DNA of 64,000 nt from Takakia lepidozioides (taxonomy: Eukaryota; Plantae; Bryophyta). Positions 13,493 to 27,134 of this stretch are shown piece by piece. The stretch lies in contig CM060733.1 in NCBI GenBank assembly GCA_030704615.1, forward strand, positions 66,092,001-66,156,000. The letters are read 5' to 3'. A program made the position numbers and the translations under genes. A model generated the notes under the pieces. It had not been told where the DNA came from, ran no database searches, and saw only the letters and a program-made list of their open reading frames with translations. Within the stretch, counting starts at the first letter, position 1. Each line of letters opens with the position of its first letter.

Positions 13493-16400
13493 ATGTGTGG
13501 GCCAACAGCATGCATGTGTAAGTCATGTGTGGGCCCCAACCGCATGGTGGCGCGCTATATCTATGGCATACTCTTCCTCCTCACACACATCCTTGCTTGG
13601 ATGACACGTGACTACAGCCAGAAAGCTCTTGCCACTCTTCACTGTAAGCACATCTTGTCCTCTTCTGCTTGTGTCGGAAGATGTTCCCGGTGTTAACCTT
13701 TTCCTCATCCTTTACCATGTAAACAACCATTCTTCACTAAGAAGATATCTACTTCAGCTTGCTGGCTCTCCCAATTCAGCCTTTCGCACAGCTAAACCCG
13801 AATCGAAAAGGTCCATCATAGATACGGTTGCCATTCCACCCACTTTACCGTGTACATCTCATGTTCGTATTGATTATCTTAAACTTCGCTCTTGGGAATT
13901 TTCGGTTTATCAAATACGTCACACTTGGACTTATCTCTAACAACCGGATAATCGTGAGTGCATTAGAAGTTATCTATGATTCACACTGTCCTCATTGCAA
14001 GGATATAATGGGCTTGCAGACTTGAAGAATTGCCGAGGAGGCCTTGACTGCTTGGGTACCGAGGGTGTCCTTCGCCTCAGCTTAGGCTGCTTCGTATCCT
14101 CTTCTTTGGCCTTTGATGCTTGTTTGTTCAGGGTTTGGTGGCTCCTTGTTCTAGACATCTGGGGTGATGGAGCAGTGGTCTATCCCTTGAATCTGCATTA
14201 CCAGCTAAGTCTTGGCTGCTTGACTATTATAGATTTTCTACTAGCCTGTTCTCTTGCTCTGACAGAAGTGCCATAAAGGCATGACTCTCGGGAAGATCCT
14301 TGACTCCCATACAGGTGTTTTTCTTTATAATGTATCTGACAACTGTAGGGACCTCAAGGATAGATGACAGCAGAGATGCATGGCACGCGGGCTGGTGGCC
14401 CTTCAAGAGTTTGTTATGGATTGTGCTCATGGTAGTGCCCTTTTTCGTTCCTTCGCCTTTCATCCAAATGTATGGTGAGTGTCTTGTCACTACTTGATGG
14501 AGTTTCTGCAGTTGTCACATCTGTTTAGGTCACGTGTGTGACTGTGTTGCACTCTCCTGTGCAGTAGCTGTTTGCTTCCAACAGTACTAAGGAAGAAATG
14601 ATGAAATTCATGTGCACTAAATAGTTGCCAGTTGTTTCTTGCACATTGAATATCAGATTACATTAGTCTTCTTGACTTCTGGTCTCCAAATTGTGCAGGG
14701 GAAATTGCGAGATTTGGTGCTGGGTGAGTATCTTTTGTCCAGTTTTGATTGTCGTTGTTACATCACTTTCACATCTGGAGCTGCTTGGACCAACAGCCCG
14801 GATTTTGTTTGATTTGTTTGTTCATAGATATGATGATATCTTTGATTTATTTCGGAAGAGATGAAATGCTTTGAGCTGGACTCTGATGACGAACTGACTG
14901 TTTGTGTGTCTCAGAATATTTTTGATCATCCAATTAGTGAGTATTATCAGCTTTGTCTACTATTGGAATGAAGACTGGCTCTCCGAGAAGAATGAGCGCC
15001 GCTGGTAGGCTCTCATTCTCTCTGCCTTATACAAGCCTACAAATATTTGCAATGTAGAATATACTGTGTAGGAATCTCTGCACATGGGAAGATGTATCAT
15101 ATGTGTGGTAATGTACGCTCACACTCTGCCATTACAGATAGGCTTTATTTCAGAGTTTGTCAAGATAACACAATGCTAGTATTGGAGTAGATCTGGAGGT
15201 TGCTTATATCTCAGGAACCAACTTATTCAACCAAGGTCTGGTAATTGAGTTCACACCGAGCAACCAATAGTTACATAAATAGAATCTCATACTTGCATCT
15301 GGTTAACTGTTTGCGGGTCATGGTTGCAGCCGATTACCAATGGTGGTGGTCTCAGTGACTTCATTTGTTCTGTCGCTGTTTGCAATAGTCGTGATGTATA
15401 TATGGTTTGCTCCGCGCGCATCCTGTAGGCTCAACATCTTCTTCATCAGCTGGACCCTCATCCTAATCCTTGTAATCACAGCCATTTCTCTGCATTCAAA
15501 GGTAGTGACAGACCACCTGATCTCCCTACCTGTTCCTGTCCGTCCCATTCGTCCTCTCATCGCTTCATTTTGGTCAGTGTCTCATCCAAAGAATTGTGGT
15601 GCAGGTGAATGCAGGTCTTTTGACATCCGGCCTTATGGCAGTCTACATAGTCTTCCTCTGCTGGTCTGCCATTATGAGGTTAGTCTCATTAGTGCCAATC
15701 TTTTTCTGCCCTTGAACAACTCAGGAATTATGAGATAGGATAAACCTCCTCAATGGGGAGCAGCACTGCTGGTTATAGATCTCTAAGGGCTCCTCGTAAG
15801 GTGTCACTCACTCACCGGAGATTGGCATAGTTCTTGGGAGTTGAAATGCAAATTGCTTTATTAGCTTTAAATCTAAATGGCTGTTGGTCAGAACCAATCA
15901 AGTTTGTGGGGAATTTTGAACCAATTGTACTTATATGGTGTATATGGCTTGTCGATCCCATCCTACAGCATCAGTTGTTGGCATTTATATAGCTATTGTT
16001 TCCAGCATGTTGCTTTAAGGTCCACCCCACAAATCGATGGCTGTCTGAAGGGTAGGGTTTTTGTCTGTTGTGGCTCATGGGGTGCAGTGAGCCACTGTCA
16101 GCAACTTGCAATACTCGTCCGCGCCAAAGTGGCAAAGGCGACTGGCTTACCATTTTGGTAAGATCCATTCAATAGGGCTTTATCCAAATGGGTACAACAA
16201 TCTCTCTATGCATGCTCTATCAAGCATATGTAGATATTTTTTTCATTTGAACAAGAGGCATTAAACTGCAGTATCTGCATCATATAACTCAACACCACCA
16301 CAAGTGGACAACTAAGATGCTGAGAAGTTTGGCCTTGTTCAACTTTTAGAAATAAGGAGAGTCGAACCAAACACTCTGAAACAAAAATTCTTTGCATCTG

Positions 16401-19400
16401 AAATCAAGACTGACGTTGCAAGAGACTGGTTAATGTAGTGGGATGGGGGGCATTCATGTGCATGAATACTTTGCTACACAGTATGACACAGATGGGGGAG
16501 GACTTTGAGATATCCTATAGTGGGCTGAACATCGGATGGCTGGTTAAAACTTGTGTTGCAGAGCTTTGTGCTTGCATTTTCTGCCATTGTACTGGCCACA
16601 TTTACCACTGGAATGGATTCCAAGTCCTTCTCGGTACACTGTCAGACCAACTTATCTGCACACTAGATCAGTATGACCTTCGACAGACTGGGTTTTGCTG
16701 ATGCGGCTTTGTCCTTTCTAGTTGCTTGACTTTAAAGAACTGATACCCTGTTTCAAGGAACCCAGAACCATTGTGGGTTTTCTGCTTCCAAGTTGCTGGC
16801 AGTTTTAATGTGACATGTTAGAAAGCTTGAGATGAAGTGTTTTGAGCTCATCGGATATTTAACATGGTTGTTTATGAATGCAGCTCAAGGCACATGAGGG
16901 GAGTGACTTGGACAACAAGGTGCCATACAGCTATGGCTTTTTCCATTTCGTCTTTGCAATGGGGGCCATGTACTTCGCCATGCTGTTTGTCGGCTGGAAC
17001 TTGCACCAAACCATGCACAGGTAATTGTCATTGTTGTTCTTCTTTTGCCCGTGGAATGTTGAGGAGACCCCTAGGGTAATAACCAGTGTTGGTCTGCTAT
17101 TGACTTTTGAATATACCAGTTGGGTCTAAGTAATCCAATTTCTCGCATATTGAAAGAGAGACTGGTCCCATAATATCATGAGTTCCCCAAAAATTCAATA
17201 CCAGTATGCTATATGTATATTCTGGTACGTCTTAGTGATACCCGCCAGGTATCAACCTGGGTCCTGGTACTGCCAATAAAATGGAATAAAGAATTTGCTA
17301 GCAAGAAGAGGCGGGCACAATGAAGTGCAACAATGGTAGTGGTGGCTGTGAAGCTTGATAAAATCTGTGTGAGTGCCAAAATATCTCCCTCTACCAGATT
17401 GACACAAATCATTCACACCTTCCACTCCAATACCAGTACAAATGTGAAGCAAATCTCGAAACCCCAAACCTAAGATCTGTTATCGCAAGGTGATGATTGA
17501 CAGGAGCCGGGTATAGAGCTGGTATTGGCTTTCCTCGTACTAGGGGCAACCTCTAGCATTGCATGTTATGATCAAATTGATATCCTACTGGTTTGGTAGA
17601 TCTGTACCATAGTTAATACCCAGGTTCATACCTAGACCATGTGCTGTGCTCTTAATGGGCCTGAAATGGGAGTACGAACCGGGTCAGTGCTATCTGATGA
17701 CAGGAATACATTTGTGCGCAGGTGGACCATTGATGTTGGGTGGTCCAGCACCTGGGTGAAGATTGTGAACGAATGGCTTGCTGCTGGGCTTTACAGTAAT
17801 TGTTTTGACCCACTTTCCAATTCATTGTGTTGCTTTGCGGGGAGAGAGAATGTGTACTCATAAGACGTTTTCCAGATATCCTCTAGAAACCCCTTCACAC
17901 CACACAACGGGCAATTGCAATTCCTCTTTCCTCTCTGCATCTGTTTGCTGTTCAAAGATAGGCTTCCCGCCCTGAGTTTAAATTTCGGTCTAGTGCCGAG
18001 GGTGGGTAAACTCTTGAGGTCATCCATGATGGCCTCTCCCATGTCACAGACTGGAAACAAGGTCAGGGAAGTTTTCTGCCTAACTTCATTTTCATCAGAC
18101 AATTTCCTGGCAACAGACATGGCTTTGGACACTACAGCCTGTAAGTCAGATTATCCAACAGGGACAAGACTTGCGGGCATAGATTCAGATCCTTGCGAAT
18201 CTTCAGAGAGAGAATGTACTCATAAGACGTAGCGTTGTGGCCATTGACCCCGCGCCCGGTTTGAGCGGAACACAAAGGGACAGCTTTGTCAGGGGCTGAC
18301 GCCGGTAGTAAGACTTACCTTGGAATAAACAATCGATCCGGGTTTCCCAGATATCCTCTAGAAATCCCTTTACACAAGCGTCAACCTGCTATGTGTGGTT
18401 TGCCCAATAACTAGGCCCTAAAAGGCTTGGGCTTTTGGCTCAGCCTCGAGACTTTCAAAGTTGGTAAACAGAGGTACAGGCACAATTCCCTTGATAGATT
18501 TGAATAGAGTGTCTCTCTGGTGAGAGAACCCCGGACAATGAATCAGAAAATGAATATTGTCTTCAGGTTGCCTGCACAATGGGCATTGCACTCTCCCTTT
18601 CCTCTCTGCTTCTGTTTGCTGTTCAAAGGTAGACTCCCCGCCCTGAGTTTAAATTTCAGTTTAGTGCCGAGAGTGGGTAGACCCTTGAGGTCATCCATGA
18701 TGGCCTCCCCCATGTCATAGACTGGAAATAAGTTCAGGGAAGTTTTCTGCCTAACTTCATTTTCATCAGACAATTTCCTGGCAACAGACATGGCTTTGGA
18801 CAGTACAGCCTCTAAGCCGGATTTATCCAGCAGGGTCAAGACTTGCGGGCTAAGATTCAGACCTTGAATTCATCTCGTCGGGAGCTTAAGGAAGGGATGC
18901 CAAACTCACCCCGAACAGCCACATTGGCTGTTTCGGAGCATGCTGACATGCACTCCTTAAGCAGCCCCACTTGAATGGATTCTAGAGACTTAGCCTGGTT
19001 GGAGTTATCAACCCATACTGCAGATGCGTACTACAAGGCAGGCCTAATAACACGGCAAAGCATGGTTTTTTTCACTTCAGAGGTGATCCCTCTGCAGTGG
19101 AAAAATTTAGTGAGACCCAGCGCTTTGCGCTTGCCAGATTGAACGACTTCTTGAATATGTGCATTCCAAGTACAGTTGGAGGAAAACTCAACGCCGAGGT
19201 ATGTGTAGGAAGGGAGGACCCGGATCTGTTGACTTCCCCACTGCCACTTGAGATCACCTCCTCCCTATCCTGGGTCGTTGAATGCCACCACTGCACATTT
19301 ACTGACATTAGCCTCTAGCCCCCAAAGATCAAAGTATCTCTTTGCGCAATCAATCAACTCCTGGAGATTGGAAGGAGTCTCCCCTATGCCTGCCAAGTCA

Positions 19401-21571
19401 TCTGCAAACATAAGGGCTGGTATGGTGGCATCACCCACCCTTAACCCAAATCTCTCACTTTCCACATCCTCGAGGAGTTGATTGATGAAAACATTGAAGA
19501 GCAGAGGGGAGGGGTACATTTTTGAGCTACACCTTGGTCTGTGTCAAAGAAGTCTATGTCAAAGAATCTTTAGAGAGGGAGAGAGAGAGATTGTACTCAT
19601 AAGACGTTGTTTGCCGTAGCCTTGTGGCCATGACCCGCGCCCAGTTTGAGCGGGAACAAAAGGGACAGAACCTACCTCTGTCAGGGGCTGACGTTGGTAG
19701 TAAGACTTACCTCCATATAAAGAATTAATCCGGGTTTTCCAGATATCCTCTAGAAATCCCTTCACACAAGCATCAATCTGCTGTGTGTGATTTGCCCAAA
19801 AACTAGGCCTCAGGAGGGCCTGGGCTTTTGGCTCAGCCTCGAGACTTTCAAAGTTGGTAAACAGGGGTACAGGCACAATTCCCTTAATAGATTTGAAGAG
19901 AGCGTCTCTTTGGTGAGAGAACCCCGGACAGTGTATCAGAAAATGAATACTGTCTTCAGATTGCCCACACAACGGGCAATTGCACTCTCCCTTTCTCTGC
20001 TTCTGTTTGCTGTTCAAAGTAGGCTTCCTGCCCTGAGTTTAAATTTCAGTCTAGTGCGAGAGTGGGTAGACCCTTGAGGTCATCCAAGATGTCCTCCCCC
20101 ACGTCACAGACTGGAAACAAGTTCAGGGAAGTTTTCTGCCTAACTTCATTTTCATCAGACAATCTCATGGCAACAGACATGGCTGAGGACACGACAGCCT
20201 CTAAGTCAGATTTATCCAGCAGGGTCAAGACTTGCGGATCCAGGTCCAGGTCCTTGAGGATCTCTTCTACTCTCTTCTGCCAGGACTTAGCCTGTTTGAC
20301 AGGGCGGTCCTGTTTCCAAGATATAGAGTCGATTAACTTAGGATATCTGGTGTTGGGCATATGTTGCAGCTGACCCACCATCTGACTTGAATTCATCTCG
20401 TCGGGAGCTTAAGGACGGAATGCCAAACTCACCCCGAACAGCCACATTGGCTGTTTTGGAGCATGCTGACATACACTCCTTAAGCACCCCCACTTGAATG
20501 GATTCTAGAGACTTAGCCTGGTTGGAGTTATCAACCCATATAGCAGATCTGTACTCCAAGGCAGGTCTTATAACGCGACAAAGCATGGTTTTCTTGACCT
20601 CAGAGTTGACCCCTCTGCAGTGGAAAAAATTTAGTGAGCCCCAGAGCTTTGCCCTTGCCAGTTTGAACAACTTTCCGGATATGTGCATCCCAATTACAAT
20701 TGGAGGAGAACTCAACGCCCAGGTAAGTGTAGGAAGGGAGGACTGGGATCTCTTGGCTACCCCACTGCCACTTAAGATCACTTCCTCCCTCTCCTCTGTC
20801 GTTGAATGCTACCACTGCACATTTGCTGACATTAGCCTCTAGCCCCCAAAGATCAAAGTATCTCTTTGCGCAATCAATCAACTCCTGGAGATTGGTTGGA
20901 GTCTCCCCTATGCCTGCGAAGTCATCCGCAAACATAAGGGCTGGTATGGTGGTATCACCCACCCTTAACCCAAATCCCTCACTTTCCACATCCTCGAGGA
21001 GTTGATTGATGAAAACATTGAAGAGCAGAGGGGAGAGAGTACATCCTTGAGCTACACCTTGGTCTATGTCAAAGAAGTTGGACTTCTGTCCGTTAACAGT
21101 GACACAGCTTTTGGTGTGAGCATACAAGTTGTGGACAACTCTCCACATCTTTCCCTTGATCCCACAAGACCAGAGGCGTAACCATAGGCCATCTCTCCAC
21201 ACTGTGTCATAAGGGAGAGAGAGAGAGAGACGCACACACTCTTTCGACCTTGCTTGCCACAACAAGTCAACCAGTTGGGATGAAATCTTTTAACATTATC
21301 CCAGTTCAGATGGACCCTCTGTTGACTTTGCACCCATGGATGCCCTACTTGAAAGTATTTCCAAAGTTCAAGGGAGAGTAACAATGACGGCTGCAAACAT
21401 CAACATATCTGCACTACGAACTAGCTGCTGTAATTTGACTCATCCCTTTTGCTCAGTGAGGTATAGGCTTGTGTTGAATCTGTTAAGGTCCACACTTTCA
21501 TGCTATGTCTGGATTTTGCAGTTTGGAGAATGGTTGGACCCTTGATTCTCAAGAACAGAGACTTTTCATGA
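13493..21571 (+). CDS. SERINC: Serine incorporator (SERINC/TMS membrane protein), 11 exons, apparently intact
   Basis: GT-AG exons 13493-13643, 14020-14093, 14315-14474, 14699-14723, 14915-15004, 15330-15501, 15605-15678, 16088-16157, 16562-16633, 16884-17020, 17722-17796 and 21522-21571 (12 coding segments as listed) splice in frame. Motifs ARYIYG, CLGTEGVLRLSLG, WHAGWW, EIARFGAG, VNAGLLTSG, VPYSYGFFHFVFAMGAMY, WTIDVGWSSTWVKI, GPLILKNRDFS*. Confidence 0.93.
17083..17640. mobile_element. Degenerate hAT-like MITE in a SERINC intron
   Basis: Starts cagtgttgg and has many atacc(a/c)g / ctggta motifs like the hAT MITE at 25489. Right TIR and TSD unclear. Confidence 0.3.
17841..18196 (-). mobile_element. 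LINE copy A (3' end, 5'-truncated, internally deleted)
   Basis: Shares the 3' end cgtcttatgagtac+(tc)n and KFKLRAGSL...CPLCG with copies B and C. Confidence 0.85.
18205..19555 (-). mobile_element. LINE copy B (RT C-half to 3' end)
   Basis: SPLLFNVFINQLL...ALMFADD. Flanked by the near-duplication gaatctt(c/t)agagag at 18197-18210 and 19564-19577. Confidence 0.9.
19591..21211 (-). mobile_element. LINE copy C (RTE/RTEX-like RT plus C-terminal CCHC)
   Basis: YDTVWRDGLW...GVAQGCTLSPLLF...LMFADD...YTYLG; CPLCG..EDSIHFLIHC. Flanked by agggagagagagaga at 19576-19590 and 21212-21226. Confidence 0.92.
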
Positions 21572-22599
21572 TACAATTCTACCTTCCACCTGCATCGAGA
21601 ACTTGCTCCTTTGGCATGTTTTTGAATGATTCTTGACCCCAGTACAGGGATTTTACCACAGATTATGTGATAGATGTATCGCACTAATCTCATTAAAATT
21701 TAACTTCTGTACTGCTCAAAGAAAGTTAGTCTAAGGCATTTGTATAGAAGGATCGGAGACTTGTAAAAAGCTGAAGAGTATATTTTCTTTTGCAGGCCCC
21801 TGATGTCGTTGCTCACCTGTCTCTCAACTCACTCTTCCCCTCTTCCCGCCCTCCTAAATAGCCAGGAAGTGGCCATGCCTGTCTCTGAGAGAGGATCTTG
21901 CCTCTTGTCATTCTTACACTGTGAATTTGAAGCACAATGGCTTCATTATATGATAGACATTAGTCCGTTCAAACCTAGTGTAAACAGTTGGGTAAACCAG
22001 AAGTTGAAAGGTGTGAATCACAAGAGATAAGCAAACATGCATGTTGCATTTGCTCATAGATTTTGAAAACCTTCTACCACACCCATGCTTGGCATAATCA
22101 CGGACACAGATTTTGCTCTGTTATTTTGTGAAACACCTAGTACAACACGCATACTTGGCATACATGTTGACAAGGGTGTCCAGTAGTCACCTACCACATG
22201 GCTCCCTTCTCCTCAACCTGCCACTTCTAGACGACGACGTTCAAATCAATTCAAATTAAATCAAAATCAATTTGTCCTGATGTCAAGCACACTGAATACA
22301 TGGAGATTTGCTTCTTCCCATTGGCACTCAATGAGTGCCAATTGGATAGCCTTAATTCCCTGTAATATCTTAACCTCTGTGATGGATTGCAATTTGTGCT
22401 TCCCAGCCGTGTGAGAATAAAAAAACATTTGGCTTGAATCCACTTGGAGTGTGGGCATGCACCTGCTCACTCTCTACTAAGTGTTTCATGTTGATGCACT
22501 CTTGCAAGATACAACCATAGTAACACATCATACTGTTGGAATGAGCATGGAAAAGAAATGTTGGCTGGAGGTAGGTAGAACTTGTCCTTCTTTATATAT

Positions 22600-22680
22600 T
22601 CCAAGTCTTGTTGAATGCTGCCTTGGTCCAAATGCAGCACCTCTGTAAATTGTCCTGCCTTACATAGTGTCTGCATATAT
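22600..22680 (-). pseudogene. PPR N-terminal relic
   Basis: LCKAGQFTEVL resembles CEAGQLKEAL in the PPR chimera at about 2090. Confidence 0.35.
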
Positions 22681-24017
22681 TCGCAAATGCCAGAAGACTT
22701 CTTAAGCTGGTGATGATGATACCTGCTGCCAGTCTCATGTCAACAAACACCTGGTCCTGATTAACCCTGTCATCCTAAATGACTCATAATTTTCAGATGC
22801 AAACATTTAGATCAAAAGTCATGTAGTAGGCTTTTAAATTCACTGTAGCAGTCATTTGAGTTGAGAATAAACTGCAACTATATCTGTTCGGGTTGGCACC
22901 CTAAAATCATGATCAACACGACTATACCTGTAGTATTCTGAGCCTGATGCATGCTGTCTTCGGCATTGGGAACATTACCGCATTGTGCACAACCGTGTAT
23001 CATAGCTAGATCTGCTTCCACCCAAGGAGGGTTGTGCACTTGTGTCTCAAGTCTGGTGATCTAGGACTTCTATATGGAAAACACCAGCAGGACAGCTGAA
23101 TAGCCATTGCTTCAACCAGTGTCTTGCACAGACCAGGCTACAACCACCAAGCTCCAAGCATTTTCAAATAATGGCCCCCTGGAACAACCTACTTTCCTGT
23201 ACCCTGCTAACAGATAAGAAAGACTACCGATAGATACAGTATCGGCTGCTTTCACTGCTTTTCCAAGAAAATTGTCCAAAACTAAGGAAATTGGAGTTAA
23301 CGATCCAGTCCAGAGAACATCACCCGGCAGTGCCACTCACAACCCCTCATGCCAGATTCCTTCACGTCGTACAACAGGACAGCTTACTTTACCACTGTGA
23401 AGGATCTCAGAAGAACCCTGCCAGATTTTTGTTTGCTCATTGCTTGACCTGCCATCAGCCACTGCAAGGACAATGAGAACGTTGGCAGATTTCGATTGCT
23501 TTTGAGTCATTATTGGGGGGAGCAATTGCTTCAACATACAAAAATTTCCTAATCGACCTGGTGTGGAGGTGAGCAACTGGTGCAGGGAATTTCGCATAGT
23601 AAATCTCTCTATCCCTCTCTCTCCTCCACTGATCTCCCTGCCTCTAGGAAGCCCATTGCCATTGAGTGGACTCGATGTGGGAGATAAATGTCTCTGTGAC
23701 TAAATGCCGGCGTTGTGACCTCGTGTCTTTGTTTGTTTTGACAGCACTCTACTTCGGGTAAGGTAGTGCATTGGGTTTAGTTGGAGAGTTTGGGGCCTCT
23801 CCCTCTTTAGAATATGTCTACGTGGGCCATTCCCTCCAGCTCCTTTGGAGTGTGATCTCTCACTGGTAACAACAGACTCCCACCCAAAAATGGGCAGTTG
23901 TATGCTCTGTAGAGCATGCTGGGCACTTGGGTTAGGGTTGGTCTGTGAGGAAATAAGTGACTCAAGTTATTTATTAGGGATACTAAACTCATACTAAATG
24001 GATAAAAGAGATATTAA

Positions 24018-24831
24018 CCCTTAAGTTCCCAAGCCCTTTTTTGACATTTTACCAATTTTGGGTACCCAGCTTCAGTAAATTGCCCCTAGAAACCTACCAA
24101 AAATCATCCAGAGATTCCAGCCTTATAGCAATGGGCCCAGCCCATTTATGCATGACATACCAAAAAATGAGCCAAGTCCACCGTGGAAATTGTGAGATTA
24201 TAGCGTTGGCCCGGACCTCAAATATCAGGTCCCCAAAAAGAAGGGAGAAAGAAATTGGTTTGACCAAATCAAAACCTAGCTTTATCCAATTTTGCTTGCC
24301 CCAAGACCCACCATTTCCAAATCAATAGTGAAGTGGCTATGACCCCACTAAATTGCAGGTCCAACTGATTTTTCACCTATGCTTGCTATGCATGCAATTA
24401 CATGGGGGTTGAAATCTCAAAATTGACAAGAGAAAATGTGCCTCCAAATGAAGTACTTTTTTTTCTACAAATTTTTTAAAAGCCAATGGTGGATGTGTGT
24501 ATGTAATGCTCACACACCACAAGGTAGAGTGCTTTTTCCAAAATTGCTAATTTTCTGCCAAAAATGGCCTTTGGAGTGGGTTTACCTGCCACGTCAGCGG
24601 TCAACAAGCCCTTTTCAGGCCCAAAACGTAAATGAGAGATCTAAGATATTTTTTGTAGGTCGTAGCTTTTTTTTTTTTTTTTTTTTTTAATTTTGTTTTT
24701 TTCATCATACTCGAGAAAAATCCCTTGTCATTAAAGCTTCAGGAGTGGGCCCCATCAGATTAGATTTGCAAAAATTAGGTCGAACTGCAAATTCAAAGTG
24801 ACCCGATTCAGGTCGCTTGGGAACTTAAGGG
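24018..24831. mobile_element. Non-autonomous piggyBac-like element (814 bp)
   Basis: Perfect 17-bp TIR cccttaagttcccaagc / gcttgggaacttaaggg with TTAA on both sides (24014-17, 24832-35). No ORF. Confidence 0.85.
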
Positions 24832-24883
24832 TTAAGAGAGTATTATGAGATCGCTTCTCATTGTTGAATAATTGGGTCTTTAA

Positions 24884-25488
24884 CCCTCAAGTGCCCAGAC
24901 TCATTTTCACCCTCTCGTGGAAAAACATGACCCTGGCCCACAAAAACATTTTTATCTGGAGAATCTCTGTGTCCCTGTAAAACTGACCGTTGGAATTACT
25001 TCCCACCTACCCCACCTCCTGCCACAAAAAGTTTCATCAAATTCCAACCGCCAGATAGGAAGATTATAAAGTGTAGAGTGGAGACAAAAAAAACCCTTTG
25101 TTAAGAAATAGGTGCCAAAAAAAACAGTTTTTTGCTCGTATTTGGGCAGTTTTTGTTTCTCTTTTTTTTAGAGTCTCAAGAATGTTGTACCATACCTGAT
25201 AACACACATCCTCAGAAATTTTCGGTTTTTTCTGAAATTTTCTCAAGTGGGCTCCTTTGTAGTGACAAATTGGGGGGGTCAAAATATGCCATTTTCTTTG
25301 GGCAGGCCAAAATCTCTCTTCCTATTATTATACAACCAAATTCAGCCGTTCAATTCCTAATCCCTCCGGTTGAAGTGTCATGAGCAATCCATATGAGGTC
25401 CCCAAAAAACTTTGGATCCAATCAGTCAACGTCATCACATCTTTAGGTTCCCTGCCCAAGACTTCAAATGGCACACCTAGGTTATAGC
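24884..25488. mobile_element. Second piggyBac-like left end (truncated or interrupted)
   Basis: ttaa-ccctcaagtgcccag is similar to the first TIR. No matching right end found; followed by the hAT MITE. Confidence 0.4.
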
Positions 25489-26592
25489 CAGTGTTGGGCG
25501 GGTATATGAATTACCCTGATATACCCGCCGGGTATATCAGGGTATATTGATATATATATACCCTGGTGTGGCAAGTTTAGGTACCCGGATGTATACCCTT
25601 ATATCAGGGTATATTTTTATGATATACCCTTATCCTTATATTTACCCTGCATCAAGACGCTCAATATACCCTACTTTCCTGAAGGGTATATGTTAAAATG
25701 AAGGGTATATCTAATCAGGGTATATAAGGGCCTTTATGTGCCTTCATAGCCTTTATGTGCTAGGTCTTTTCTCTTTTTGTTGTGTTGTTAGGGAGCCTAT
25801 AACCCAAACAATGCCTCTTCAGATCTCGCATATATATATATAAAAGGAAACCTGACAGCCCACAATTTAGGTCCTTGAGGGGTTTTTATTTATTTAAGGA
25901 AATCTGGGAGCGACAGCCCACAATTCAGACCCTTGAGGAGGGGGAAAGATTAACCCCCTTTCATTTATGGGCCATGAGACCTACAGGACGATCAACGCCC
26001 AAACATACCGTCACATGAACAATCCCACACACGGGGCAGGGCAGCGGGTTCGAACCCCGAACCACCTGAGTGACACACGCTGTGCACTTACCAGCTGAGC
26101 TACCAGCTCACGTGCTTTTTTTTTAATCTCAAACCTCCTCCATCTTGCATTGGAAATTAACACCAAAATATTATGCAATATCTTATCAATTTTCTCTTTT
26201 ACCATAGATTGTTTTTTGTTTTTTGTTTTTTGTTTTTTGTGTTTTATACATATTGAAGAACATCTTGTGAGCAGTCGCTCCCAAGTTTCCTTTTTGAAAA
26301 AAAGAAAAGAAAAGAAAAGAACATCATATATTCCTTAAAACCATTAAATTAAATATTAATGGAAATAACTATCCATACCCGGAAACTATTCATACCCTCA
26401 GGGTATATTTTGGCATATATATCCATACCCGGGGGTTATATAGAAATCTGAAAAGTTAATTTACCCATACCCGGAGGGTAAATAATTTTTTGAGATTTCA
26501 ATTTATCCATACCCGGAGGGTAAATGATTTGACAAAAATAATTTACTTATACCCTAAGGGTATATTGAAATCAATATACCCGCACGACACTG
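25489..26592. mobile_element. hAT-type MITE
   Basis: TIR cagtgttgggcgggtatat / atatacccgcacgacactg (17/19). Many subterminal ataccc/gggtat motifs. Degenerate 8-bp TSD gttatagc/gtagtaac. Confidence 0.75.
25830..26115 (-). mobile_element. tRNA-derived SINE nested in the hAT MITE
   Basis: Minus-strand A box tagctcagctgg (26091-26102) and B box ggttcgaaccc (26046-26056). No valid cloverleaf. A/T-rich tail with a duplicated 3' segment. Confidence 0.65.
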
Positions 26593-27134
26593 GTAGTAAC
26601 GTGGACTGCAAAGTTGTTCACAGAGTGGTTTTGGACACGCAGTCGATTCGGAAAAGACACGAATGTTTGTTGTGAATGTGGGCACACGCGATGATCATAG
26701 CTTCTATGTGCGTAAACCGCTTTAACGAGGCCATCTTCCAGCTTAAAATCTTTAATACAAGGCTGGCTGACAGCCTAGGCCCTTAAACATCTATCAGGCT
26801 CAAACCCACTGGACTCAAGCCCTCCTAATATGCTCGGGTCTCCAACAATTTCAAGCACAATGGACTCTCCGTTGCTTCCCTATTGCCACAAATACGGAGG
26901 GCTTGGAAATTGCATCCAAGCAGGATTGCAATAGATGCATCAAAAGAGAACTTATGACCTTCACGGATTCCAAGGCCGGAAAGTTCCAAAGAGAGGTGAA
27001 GCTTGTTGTGTCATTGCTAGGGGAGTTGGAACCAAGCTTGGTTGCACCTTGAGGTGAAGAAGATCAAGAGAGCTTGTCTTGTTATCACATGGAACTCATG
27101 AAGGCTTAGAATATCAAGCATGAAGCTCAAGGAA

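Noticed and set aside
26030-26115. Functional tRNA gene
   Set aside because: A and B boxes are present but the acceptor and anticodon stems do not pair.
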